This document shows, piece by piece, positions 1 to 10,600 of a DNA stretch of 64,000 nt; position 1 is the first letter of the stretch, and every line of letters begins with the position of its first letter. The notes under the pieces are model-generated. The model did no database searches. It was not told the origin of the DNA and worked only from the letters and a program-made list of their open reading frames with translations. This stretch comes from a virus. The DNA lies in IMG/VR virus record IMGVR_UViG_3300012936_000008, positions 1 through 64,000 of that record; one strand, written 5' to 3'. The translations under genes and the position numbers were made by a program.

Positions 1-3000
1 TCCCTGTGCAGCAGTTGCATATGCAGTTGCATCAGTGGTAGCAGCAGTGCCAAGACCCAAAGCGGTGATGGCTGCTGAGGCACGAGCGTCAGCACGAGCA
101 TCTGTGTAATAAAGGTTGGTGCCTTCTGCAAGATCACCAGTATCCTTACTGCTGAGGTCAAGGTTTGCACCGACTTGAAGTCCGATGCGAGAGTCAACAC
201 GACCATCAGTGTAGTAAAGGTTAGTTCCCTCAGACAGATTCGTAGTTGACTTAGCAGTAAATCCTGCATCAACTCTTGCATCTGCGAGAGTATTTACCTC
301 AGCGTCAGTGCGCTCAGTGAAGGAGAAGACGCCAGTAGAAGCGTTGTAACCGAGATCGCCACTAACACTGAATGCACCGCGAGCACGGGCATTAGTAAAG
401 AAGATGTTGGTTGATCCTTCTGTAACGTTATCAGTGTCGATATCTGACTGAGTAACAGAAATAGTCCCGCTGCCGTCATGCTGAATGCCAGTACCATAAG
501 TGAAAGCATTTCTCGTCCTCGCCTGAGTAAAGAATCTATTGGAAGAACCCTCAGTCAGATCGTCAGTGTTGATCTCACCGAAGTCAACAGCAAGAGACAG
601 CAGGTTGTTGGCATCATCATACGTTGCCGAAATACCTGTGCCGCCATCAACCAGTGCAGCAACACGATCATCAACTCTCTCCTCAGTGTAGTAGAGGTTG
701 GTGGTTCCTTCTGTAAGAGCATCCGTGTCGTGGTTCGCGATAGAACCAACCTGAGATTGACCGAAGGTGATAGCACCAGTAATGGTCAAGTTACCCTGAA
801 TCTCAAAGTCCGTAGTAGAACGGAAGTTGGCAACCGTCAGTCTGTTCTCGAAAGGATTGTAGGTGAGGTTGGTAGAGTCAGTACGGATCTCAGTGTAACC
901 ACCGTTAGTAGAAACGAATGTTGGGAAGTATGTAAGGTTTGAATTTGTGGTGTCAGTAACATCTGCAAGATCAGACTTGTCAGCAGTACCAGTCAGGTCA
1001 CCAGTTACATTACCAGTGATCTGTCCTGTGACACCCAGCGTACCACCCATGGTGGAGTTGCCAGTAACATCAAGACTTCCAAGGGTGCTAAGACCAGTGA
1101 TCTCAGCGTTACCAGTAGTAGAGTGTAAGGTAACCTTAGCAGTACCTGAACCGTTTTGCAGGATAAGAGTCTTAGAAGCACCACGAAGAACAACGTCATC
1201 CTTGAACAGTGAAGTGCTGTTCTGAGTCAGGGTATCGTTGAGTGTGGTAGTGCCATCAACATTGAGAGCAGCATCGAAGTCAACGTTCTGAGTTACGTTC
1301 AGAGTATCATCGATGATAGTTCTACCAGCGATGTCAACAGTACCTGCGATGTCAGTGTTACCTGCGGCAGAAGTTACAGTGAACTTGTTACTACCAACGC
1401 TGAACGTACCACCGACTCCCACAGCACCAGTAGTGGTGATGTTAGAACTGTTGACAACCCCAGTGGTTGTAATACCAGTAACACCAAGGGTTCCACCGAT
1501 ACTAACGTTACCACTCACACCGTTCATGGTGATCGTAGTTGCATTGTTAGGACCAAGGAACAGGTCAGTTCCGATGTAGAGATCGTCTGAAATGGTTGCA
1601 CCACCAGCGGTGACCATCAGAGCAGCATCAGCATTAAGACTGTTGGGTTTGGTGTTGTTGGTTGCCTTCAACAGGTCAGTGAAAGTACCTACGCCATCGA
1701 CATTCAGTGTGCTATCGATTTGACCAGTACCAGCAGTGGCGAAGTTACCAGATGCACCTGCAATAGTGAACTTATCAGTAGTGCCAGAGCGGACAGCGAA
1801 GTCAGCATCAACGTCAACAGTGTTGTTGAACTCAGAAGCACCAGCGACGGTGATTTGAGAGTCAAGAGTTACATTACCAGTTACGTTCAGAGTGTCATCG
1901 ATAATAGATGCACCGTTTGCTCTGAATGTACCTTCGGTCAGAGTGTTGCCGTTGTCAGTATCAATGGTGAACTTGTTAACACCACCAGCAGTCTGTACAG
2001 CAACAGTTCTACCATCTGCCTTAACAGTAAGGTTGTGAGTAAGGGTAGTGTCTTGTGTAACATCAAGAGTTCCAGTAACAGACAGATTGTCATCAACAAT
2101 CGTCTCACCAGTAGCAGAGTCAAGAGTCAGGTTACCAGCAGCAGTATCAATTTCACTAGTACCAGAGACACCGATCTGAATGTTGTCAGCAGTGATATCA
2201 CCAGAAGTGATAGCAGCGTTGAATGTAGAAGTTGCGTTGACAGTCAGAGTGTCAGTGTTGTCAGAACCAATGGTTGCATTGTCATTAACTTCCAGGTCGT
2301 TATTAACAGTCAGGTCAGAAGAGCATCTAACTGTGTTGTTGGAAGAGTCAAGGATAAGAGCACCACCGTCTGCTTCGATTCTTCTACCGTTGAAGGAGAT
2401 GTCATCAATCGTAGCAGTGCCGTTCATGTCAACGGCATGGTTGAACGTTACTGTACCGCTGACCACATGTGCATCAGATCCAGCATTACCGATAGTAGCG
2501 TTACCATCGACAGTCAGAGTTCCATCTACCTGAGCATTGCCGTCAACGTTGAGGTTACCATCAACGTCAGCATTGTCAGTGATGTTAACAGTACCGCCTA
2601 CTGAATCCAGAATCAGGTTACCACTAGTGGTATCAATTTCGTTTGCAGCAGAGACACCGATCTGGATGTTATCAGCAGTGATGTCTGTGGAGGTGATTGC
2701 AGCGTTAAATGTAGAAGTAGCATTGACAGTCAGAGTGTCACCAGCAGCATCACCAAGGGTGCTGTTGCCATCAACTTCCAGGTTGACTTTAACTTCCAGT
2801 GAGTCATCAATAATAGTCTGACCAGTGGCAGAGTCAAGAGTCAAGTTACCAGAAGCAGTGTCAATTTCACTGGTGCTGGACTTACCAATCTGAATGTTAT
2901 TAGCAGTAATATCTTCCGATGTAATCGCTGCCGTGAAAGTTGACGTTGCGTTCACAGTTAACGTATCAGCATCACTGTCACCCAGTGTGCTACTACCATC

Positions 3001-6000
3001 TACTTGAAGGTTGCCATCAACCTCAGCGTTATCTGTAATATGGACTTTGCCACCATCAGAGTCAAGGATTAGATTTCCTGCTGTGGTGGAGATTTCGGTA
3101 GCAGCATCAACGCCGATCTTGATGTCGTCCGCCGTGATGTCGGTGGAAGTAATCGGTTGGTTGAATTGGACAGTACCCGTGACACTGTGAGCATCCCCAG
3201 CAGCATTACCGATAGTCGTGTTGCCATCAACCGTGAGTGTGCCATCAATTTGTGTATTGCCATCAACATTGAGGTTACCGTCTACGTCAGCGTTGTCTGT
3301 AATGTTGACAGTGCCACCAGCAGAATCGAGGATCAGGTTACCAGAAAGGGTTCCGATCTCGTTAGCAGCATCCGTAGCAACTTTAATGTTTCTGATGTTT
3401 GCTCTCTCAGCAACAGTCAGTGCTTGGTTGAATTGAACCGTACCAGTAACTGTGTGAGCGTCACCTGCTTGGTTACCCAGAGTGACGTTACCATCAACTT
3501 GAAGTGTACCTTCTGCATAAGTGTTACCACTTGCAGAAGCAACAGTAAACTTACCGTTGTTAATATCGAAACTGTCAGTAACGTCCAGTGTTCCAGTGAT
3601 GTCTACGTTTCCACCGAAGGAACCGTCATCAGTAACAACCAGATCATCACCAACGCGAAGGTCAAGACCAATACCAACACCACCACCAACGATCAGAGCG
3701 CCGCTAGAAGGAGTTGTAGAGTTAGTGGAGTCAAAGATTTTTACACTACCAACATCCAGACCAGATCTGGTTCCACTGAATGCCTCAGCAGCATTAGCAG
3801 CGTTGTGATAGAAAGCGTAACGTGCAGCAGAGTTATCCCAACCAAAGAAACCAACTCGTGCTTGGGAATCATAGTATCTAAACTCAATACCTCTGTCCTT
3901 AGCATCGCCACTTGAAGGAGCAGTGTCACCACCCAGAGTGAAGACGGGATCGTCCAGGGTCTGTGTAGTGGAGTTAATAGTTGTAGTTGTACCATTAACA
4001 GTCAGGTTACCTTCCAGAATGGTGTTGCCATCAACAGTAAGGTTCTGATTAATAGTGACGTTATCAGTAAAGGTACTTACAGAGTTGACTGTAAGAACGT
4101 CAGTATTTGCATCACCGATAGTTACGTCATCGGTAAAACGTGAGTGATCGTTAAAGGTTGCATCACCATGGACTGTCAGTGTACCAGTGCCCTGACCAAC
4201 ACGACCGATGATAGTATCACCATTGTCGAAGTCAACAGAGAACTGAGTCTGTGCAGCACCATTGTTGATGTTCAGAACTTCATCGTTACTCTGTAAGATC
4301 AGAGAGTCATAGATAGTTGTCTGACCATCCACAACCAAAGTGCTATTGAAGTCAACAGTACCGTCAACGTTAAAGTTACTGTCAAAGTCAACACTCTGGT
4401 TGACGGTAAGGTTGTCGGTGAGAGTAGTATCTGAATTGATAGTGAGGGTGTCACTAGCAGCATTACCCAGAGTAATGTTTCCGTCAACTTGGAGAGTAGA
4501 TTCAAAATGTACGCCAGATCCTACGTCAAGTGTACCACGGATGTCAGTTGCACCATTGGTAGAGAGGACGGTAAACTTGTCGTCCGTGCCATTGGTAATC
4601 TTGAAATACTTGCCAGTGGTGTCAAGAGTGATGTCATTATGGAAGACTGAATCGTCATCCACATCCAGAGTGCTATTAAATGTGACAGCAGCATCAACAT
4701 CCAACGTGCTGTTGAACGTTACACCACTATCGATATCAAGGGTGCCATCCGAATGAATGTTACCGTTGTCGGAATCGATAACAAACTTCTCGGCAGTGCC
4801 GTTAGTAATAGAGAAGACAGTGTTAGGACCAACAATCCTCACATCATCTTCAAACGTGGTGTCAGAGTTGACCAGTACAGTATCAGTAGATGCGTTACCC
4901 AGAGTAACGTTGCTATCTACTTGTAGGTCGCCCTGAGTATAGACGTTACCGTTAGAAGCAGTAACAGTGAACTCACCAGAGTTGATATCAAAGTCATTAG
5001 CGATGTCAACCGTACCACCGATATATACGTTCTCGGAGATACCGACACCACCAGTGACTACCAGGGTGCCAGTTGTGGTAGATGTGGATCCTGTGTTTGT
5101 TGTGAGCCTGAGGTTACCAGCAATGATAGGAGCGTCAGTACCAGCATAAACTTCATTCGTGTTAGTCGCGTTGTAGAGGAACCGATACCCGCCAGTGCCA
5201 GTCCAAATGTTAGAGTCTGCATAATCTTCATCCCAACCGAAGAAACCAAATCTTTCCTGGGTATCATAGTATCTAAAATCAATACCACGATCCAGATTGT
5301 CATCTAATGTTAACGTATCTTCACCACCAAGTGTGATGATAGGATCTTGGATAGTCGTGGTTACTGAGTTGACTGTGGTAGTAGTACCATCAACTTGGAG
5401 GTCACCACGAACTCTTACGAGACCAGTAACATCATCGTCATCATTAGGGTCCAGCACCAGTGTAGCGTTGGTGGTAGACAGAACGTTGTCTTGGAAGTGA
5501 TAGTCTTCCACGTTCACTCTATTGCTTACATTAGAAGCAGAGATAGTAATATCATTTTCAGCAGTGATATTAAGGAGTGCATCACCAGAACCAGAGTTCG
5601 TAGCCTGAATCAGGAACGTACGATCAGTAGCAGTGTTCTGAGTGTGCTGGATGGTTAGGTTACCATCTCCATACTTATCGATGATCTGAGCAGTAGCGCC
5701 ATCCAGATCGATATTGGGATCAGAATAATAGGAACGGACGTTGACATCAATTTCCCCAGCGCCAGAGTCCCCTGTATTATTAGCGCCAAACAGTAGATTG
5801 CCGCTCGTATCATTAACTTTGATATAGTTAAGATAATTGAATCCTCTGTATCCAGTGGTTGCAGTAAGTTCTTGATCAAGTTCAAAATTTTCTACGGTGT
5901 TACCGTCAGCGAAACCAATACGATTGTTTTGTAGTTGGAGGTTATCAACACCACGTTGTGCAATCTTTACATAACCACCTTGGATGTTACCAGCAGCATC

Positions 6001-7089
6001 CCACTCAGTTACATCAAAGTCTTCTTGATCGAATGATGCAAGACCCTTCTGAGGAGTCAGAGCAGATCCGAGATATCTCCAAGAGCCTGTATCGGAGGAG
6101 TCTGTGTGTGTCGGTTCACCGCTGCCAGCGTTAATATCAAGGATAGCCTCATACAGGCGATCATTCGTACCTTTAACTTTGTCATAACGAGAGTATGCAG
6201 TAGCATTATCATATACAGGTGCCAGAGTACCTTCTCTTGCAGTAGAGATAGGTGCAGTCTGTGCATAGGTCAGACGACCATATCTGTCAACAGTAAACTC
6301 AGTAGTGTTAACAGTCTGGTGAATAGTACCAGACTCAGCAACTGATGTCTCAGGTTCATCAAGAGATACTGATCCCGTGGGGTTATATGAACCAACAACA
6401 ACAGGAGTATCAGCAAGATCGATCAGTGGGTTACCAGACTGACCGTTAGCATTAGATGTAAGAATACGACCAGGAGCACCAGTTACCTGACGAGTTGCAT
6501 ATGTACCACTACCAGTTCTATGCAGACTACCAACAGTAGTAATACCAACAATAGCAGTAAGGTTAGGGTCTAACGTCTGCGCGTCGGTAATGCCATATCC
6601 AGCAAGAGTATTAGGGCTGTCACCAGTGACGACCCTACCACGAGAGTCAATAGTGAGTCGTGTGTAAGTTGCCTGAGCAGTGAGATCATTCGGGTCGTAA
6701 TGTGGAAGTCCAGGTTGATAGTTCAGTTCAGCAGTGATGTTGATGTTTGCGGAACCATCAAACGAGGCAGAACCTGACATGTCACCCGTCAGGGTGAAGT
6801 TTCTAGCGTTTGCTAGTCTAGTTGCCGTTGCAGCATTACCAATTAAGGAAGCAGTAATTGCACCTGCCTCAAAGTTACCGTCAGCATCCCGTTTAACTAG
6901 GGTGTTGGCGATGTTGGAGTCGGCTTCCAATGGTCGCTCGTATTTAAGCGAGTTCCATTGAGTAACACCATCCCCGATTTTCAGACGGGAGGTGTCTAGT
7001 TCGATCCCCAACTCACCTTGGGCGAGGATGGGGTTGACGTTCGCCCACTGCTGTGCGCCGTCACGTCTTAATTGGATTCTATTTGCCAT
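1..7089 (-). CDS. Long tail fibre / adhesin, partial (>2363 aa, 3' end beyond window; absent from ORF track)
   Basis: ATG at 7089 translates MANRIQLRRDGAQQWANVNPILAQGELGIELDTSRLKIGDGVTQWNSL, an Mtd_N/hyaluronidase-N type fibre anchor. The frame was open at every point spot-checked down to position 1 (e.g. ...EGTNLYYTDARADARASAAITALGLGTAATTDATAYATAAQG). Thr/Gly/Asp/Val-rich beta repeats; late promoter upstream. Confidence 0.9.
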   Translation of the reverse strand, partial: MANRIQLRRDGAQQWANVNPILAQGELGIELDTSRLKIGDGVTQWNSLKYERPLEADSNIANTLVKRDADGNFEAGAITASLIGNAATATRLANARNFTLTGDMSGSASFDGSANINITAELNYQPGLPHYDPNDLTAQATYTRLTIDSRGRVVTGDSPNTLAGYGITDAQTLDPNLTAIVGITTVGSLHRTGSGTYATRQVTGAPGRILTSNANGQSGNPLIDLADTPVVVGSYNPTGSVSLDEPETSVAESGTIHQTVNTTEFTVDRYGRLTYAQTAPISTAREGTLAPVYDNATAYSRYDKVKGTNDRLYEAILDINAGSGEPTHTDSSDTGSWRYLGSALTPQKGLASFDQEDFDVTEWDAAGNIQGGYVKIAQRGVDNLQLQNNRIGFADGNTVENFELDQELTATTGYRGFNYLNYIKVNDTSGNLLFGANNTGDSGAGEIDVNVRSYYSDPNIDLDGATAQIIDKYGDGNLTIQHTQNTATDRTFLIQATNSGSGDALLNITAENDITISASNVSNRVNVEDYHFQDNVLSTTNATLVLDPNDDDDVTGLVRVRGDLQVDGTTTTVNSVTTTIQDPIITLGGEDTLTLDDNLDRGIDFRYYDTQERFGFFGWDEDYADSNIWTGTGGYRFLYNATNTNEVYAGTDAPIIAGNLRLTTNTGSTSTTTGTLVVTGGVGISENVYIGGTVDIANDFDINSGEFTVTASNGNVYTQGDLQVDSNVTLGNASTDTVLVNSDTTFEDDVRIVGPNTVFSITNGTAEKFVIDSDNGNIHSDGTLDIDSGVTFNSTLDVDAAVTFNSTLDVDDDSVFHNDITLDTTGKYFKITNGTDDKFTVLSTNGATDIRGTLDVGSGVHFESTLQVDGNITLGNAASDTLTINSDTTLTDNLTVNQSVDFDSNFNVDGTVDFNSTLVVDGQTTIYDSLILQSNDEVLNINNGAAQTQFSVDFDNGDTIIGRVGQGTGTLTVHGDATFNDHSRFTDDVTIGDANTDVLTVNSVSTFTDNVTINQNLTVDGNTILEGNLTVNGTTTTINSTTQTLDDPVFTLGGDTAPSSGDAKDRGIEFRYYDSQARVGFFGWDNSAARYAFYHNAANAAEAFSGTRSGLDVGSVKIFDSTNSTTPSSGALIVGGGVGIGLDLRVGDDLVVTDDGSFGGNVDITGTLDVTDSFDINNGKFTVASASGNTYAEGTLQVDGNVTLGNQAGDAHTVTGTVQFNQALTVAERANIRNIKVATDAANEIGTLSGNLILDSAGGTVNITDNADVDGNLNVDGNTQIDGTLTVDGNTTIGNAAGDAHSVTGTVQFNQPITSTDITADDIKIGVDAATEISTTAGNLILDSDGGKVHITDNAEVDGNLQVDGSSTLGDSDADTLTVNATSTFTAAITSEDITANNIQIGKSSTSEIDTASGNLTLDSATGQTIIDDSLEVKVNLEVDGNSTLGDAAGDTLTVNATSTFNAAITSTDITADNIQIGVSAANEIDTTSGNLILDSVGGTVNITDNADVDGNLNVDGNAQVDGTLTVDGNATIGNAGSDAHVVSGTVTFNHAVDMNGTATIDDISFNGRRIEADGGALILDSSNNTVRCSSDLTVNNDLEVNDNATIGSDNTDTLTVNATSTFNAAITSGDITADNIQIGVSGTSEIDTAAGNLTLDSATGETIVDDNLSVTGTLDVTQDTTLTHNLTVKADGRTVAVQTAGGVNKFTIDTDNGNTLTEGTFRANGASIIDDTLNVTGNVTLDSQITVAGASEFNNTVDVDADFAVRSGTTDKFTIAGASGNFATAGTGQIDSTLNVDGVGTFTDLLKATNNTKPNSLNADAALMVTAGGATISDDLYIGTDLFLGPNNATTITMNGVSGNVSIGGTLGVTGITTTGVVNSSNITTTGAVGVGGTFSVGSNKFTVTSAAGNTDIAGTVDIAGRTIIDDTLNVTQNVDFDAALNVDGTTTLNDTLTQNSTSLFKDDVVLRGASKTLILQNGSGTAKVTLHSTTGNAEITGLSTLGSLDVTGNSTMGGTLGVTGQITGNVTGDLTGTADKSDLADVTDTTNSNLTYFPTFVSTNGGYTEIRTDSTNLTYNPFENRLTVANFRSTTDFEIQGNLTITGAITFGQSQVGSIANHDTDALTEGTTNLYYTEERVDDRVAALVDGGTGISATYDDANNLLSLAVDFGEINTDDLTEGSSNRFFTQARTRNAFTYGTGIQHDGSGTISVTQSDIDTDNVTEGSTNIFFTNARARGAFSVSGDLGYNASTGVFSFTERTDAEVNTLADARVDAGFTAKSTTNLSEGTNLYYTDGRVDSRIGLQVGANLDLSSKDTGDLAEGTNLYYTDARADARASAAITALGLGTAATTDATAYATAAQG

Positions 7090-7127
7090 TGCTTACAAAC
7101 GCTAGCAGGGTCAGGTGTCTCTTTGTT

Positions 7128-7135
7128 TATTTATA
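7128..7135 (-). promoter_or_regulatory. T4-type late promoter TATAAATA
   Basis: Perfect TATAAATA on the minus strand, about 40 nt upstream of the tail fibre ATG. Confidence 0.85.
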
Positions 7136-7140
7136 CCCAA

Positions 7141-7171
7141 AACAAAAGAGGACCCGAAGGTCCTCTTTGTT
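7141..7171 (-). terminator. Intrinsic terminator with C(UUCG)G tetraloop
   Basis: Minus strand AAAGAGGACC-TTCG-GGTCCTCTTTTGTTTT directly after the stop of 7171..7383. UUCG-loop terminators are typical of T4-like phages. Confidence 0.9.
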
Positions 7172-7383
7172 CATTCTTCGGTTGTTTCGGTTGCGGGTTC
7201 TTCGTCGGGTGGATTCAGATATTCTAGTGTCTCAATCGCACCGAGTAGTTTGAGTGCAGTCTGTTCGTTCTCACGAATTTTTTGCTGCATCTCCTTGGTC
7301 TCTTGGATAATCCTAGCATAACGATCCTTGAACCCTTTCAGAAGGTCTGCGGGGTCCTGAGTTTCTGTCACATCAGCAGGCAT
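7171..7383 (-). CDS. Small acidic coiled-coil hypothetical protein (70 aa)
   Basis: Coupled to the upstream gene and followed by a terminator; heptad-like segment RYARIIQETKEMQQKIRENEQTALKLLGAIETLEYL. Confidence 0.8.
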   Translation of the reverse strand: MPADVTETQDPADLLKGFKDRYARIIQETKEMQQKIRENEQTALKLLGAIETLEYLNPPDEEPATETTEE

Positions 7384-7634
7384 CAGTTCTTCTCCTTGTT
7401 AACTAATTGTAAAAGTAGACTTTTTATGTCTGACACATCAGATTTTAGAGCATTAACCTCACTTTGTAAAGTGGTGAATGACTCCTTCTTCTTTTGCCTC
7501 TCTCGATAAGAGGACATATAGTTGTCGTATACGTCCTTATCTCTGAGGAGGATAGCATTGGAATCTTTATCTCTAAAAAGTCCTCTGTTCTCGTCCCCCT
7601 CCACTGGTATATATTTAGGTACTCCGTTCTTCAT
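7383..7634 (-). CDS. Hypothetical protein downstream of VrlC (83 aa)
   Basis: ATGA overlap with the VrlC-like gene; GLFRDKDSNAILL motif plus C-terminal coiled coil, as in genes usually found after DUF4815 genes in T4-like phages. Confidence 0.8.
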   Translation of the reverse strand: MKNGVPKYIPVEGDENRGLFRDKDSNAILLRDKDVYDNYMSSYRERQKKKESFTTLQSEVNALKSDVSDIKSLLLQLVNKEKN

Positions 7635-10600
7635 GATGCAAATGCAATCGCCCTCATATCTTTAATCAATGGTACTTTTGCTTGGTTCTTAGACTTCATC
7701 ACGATCTTGATCTGGAAGGCTTGGAATTCCTCACCTTCGACCACGTACTCGAAGTCTTCCCACTCTTCCTCACCCACGTTGGTTGATCCAATATCAGGTA
7801 CAGGAATCTTGACGAATCCAATGTCGTTCATCTGTTTCTCAGAACCAGGTCTCTGGGTACGATAGTAGATGTCGATGTTGGAATCACCATATCGTTGCAT
7901 GGAGATCATCACTCGGATAGATCTAGACACGTTAGCGAGTCTAGCAACTCTGGTCAAGTATACTGCATCGTTCTGATCACCATATGGGAGTGTAGATACA
8001 TCACCCTGTGGGTTGATTTCAGATTGCAGACCCAGAACCTGAGGACCACCAGACCAGTTGTTGATTCTGTTAGAAGTAGTAATAACAGATACACGGTCGA
8101 GGTCGATCACAGGTGACAGGTTGTCAACATCTGTGTTCAGGTTAATCTTCATAGTCAAGGACTTACTACCTTCAAGTTTATTATCTTCGTTCAACTGCGA
8201 GCAGATAATTCTGGGGTTGTCGTAGTAGTTCTCTTCATTGATCTGTACATCATCATATGCACCGTTGTTAACGAACGACGCTTGGTCGGTGATAGTGCTA
8301 CCACTACCGATAGATGTACCAGACGTTGTGTTCAGGGTAGGAACAACTCCTGTCTCCTTGAACTGCATAATCTGGATGGTAGGTGTAATCAATTCAAACG
8401 GAATGTTCTTAGTTGCCTGCACCTTATATCCACCTGTTCTGATACCAACGTTAGCAACAGATTGTGTTACCAGAGCGTAGGAGTCGAGAGTAGGATCTTG
8501 GATACCACTGTGGACCTTGTTGATCTCTGTCAGAGGAATACCGTCAAGGTTGTAGCATTCAACTTTGGATCCAGTAGTCCATTCCAAGGCAGCAGTACCG
8601 CCAACGCCTCTACCAGAAGGAGCAACAGTGATCGTCTGACCATCATCACTGATGTCAGAGTATGCAATGATTTCGTTAGGAACGAAGTCACTGATGTCAG
8701 TCCATGCTTCCGTACCACCATCTGTGCCAGGTAGAGCACCAACAGGTGCAGGCATTGCAAACACATCACTAGTAATTCTCACATAACCAGGGTTAGTAGT
8801 AGAGATAGGTCTACCATTAACGATCTTGTGGAAAGAACCAGCGTTGCTCACACCAATCTGTGTAGCGGTACTAGACAGAGTTTGTGTGGATGTTGTAGGT
8901 GGCATCTCAGAAATAACACCCGTAATCTTAACGTTGTTAGATCTGTTGTGCATACCGTGGTTAGGATGAATCATCACAACCTTCTTATCCACAGTACGTG
9001 TTGACGGTGTGATAGCAGGATATGCAGTGTAAGAGTCACCGCTGTATGCAACAGCAGAGTAACCAGATACCTGAATACTACCACCAGCGATGTTCAACTG
9101 TTCAGTAGAACCGTCAAACGCTTTGTCAACATAGTTGGCAACAATAGTACCATATGTACCAAGAGCAGGATCATATGATGTGATAGTACCAGTTGCACCA
9201 GAGGTTGCACCAACGAAGGTGTCACCAGCAGCAGGAGTACCATTACTAGGAGTTGCTGACAGAGTGAAAGTAGCAAGAGATTGAGATGACTTCAATGCTT
9301 GGAACGGGTTGCCGTTACCATCAAGGAAACCTTGCTCAAAGGTGCCAACAATACCCTTAACTGTCAGAGTCTGTGGGTTGGATGCAGAATCGAACTCTTC
9401 AATAGTTGCCTCAGCGTTAGAGGGAGACTGAATGATACGAGCACCGATAGTGAAGTTGTAACTATTGCCAGTAGGCAGAGTCAGTGTCTGCTTAGGTTCA
9501 ATAGTCAGGACGGGATTGACAGTCAGTGAACTGATACCATCATTACCAGATCCAAGTTCAGCGTTGACAAAGGTAGCATTACCGATGACACTCTTATTAA
9601 ATACAGCACGATAGAGATTGAACTTCAAGTCTTCATACTGGTCAGCGGTCCACGTAGATGCGTTCTGTGATTTGAAGAGCACACCAGCATAGGGTTGTTC
9701 GGAGATCGTTCTTGTACCAGTGATGTCAATGTCACCCATACGTGAGATCCAGACTTTGTATTCGTTAGAGTCAGAGAACAGCACGAAGCAATGTTCTTCG
9801 GACTCAGGGATATACACAGGTGCAGGGAAGTTAAATCTAGTAGCAATAGATGCGTTGTCAGAAACTTCAACCTCAGTAGGTCTCAGAGTAACGTCAGAGA
9901 AGGGCAGGATGTCCTTAGTCGGATAACCATTTTCCATAGGACGGATCTGCATCGAGATAGGAATCTTAGTATCCTTTGTACCGAAGTAGATGTCCACACC
10001 AGTTACGAATGTACCACCCTGTTCTTCAAGCAGGAAGGATTGTGCCAGAGGGTCCCACCAACCAACCTGTCTGGTGTTGGTACGAACAGAACGAACCGTT
10101 CTTCTCTGAGTAACAGTATCTCTAACAACTCTTGCATTTCTAACAGCAAGGATGTTTTCTTGCAGGGTATTCAGTGTACCTCTTGCTGTGTATTCTGCCT
10201 CAGCAGCAGAGTCAACAGCACCTGGCAGTCTGCTATCTTGCTCAGAAGAAGACAGACGGAACACTCTGGAACCAGTTGCCCAACGTGGGTTGGAGTTGTT
10301 AGCAGGGTTCGGAATGAAGAAGGCACCCTTGATGATACCAACCAGGTCAGATACCAGACGACGGTCCTTAGCAACAGCACGAGCACCAGAGGTTGCACCA
10401 ATCAGAACCTCACCCACAGCAAAGTTGCCATAGAAGTTAGGGTTGACGGTAGCAGAAAGAACCTGGGTATCGATGTTCAGTACACCAGTCTGTGATGCAT
10501 AGGAGTCAGGCAGAAGGTCATTGGTTGCACTGTAAGGGTTGGTTGTCAAACCATCGTTAGGTGCAGCAACTCTGAATCTACAACCAGATTGCACACCATA

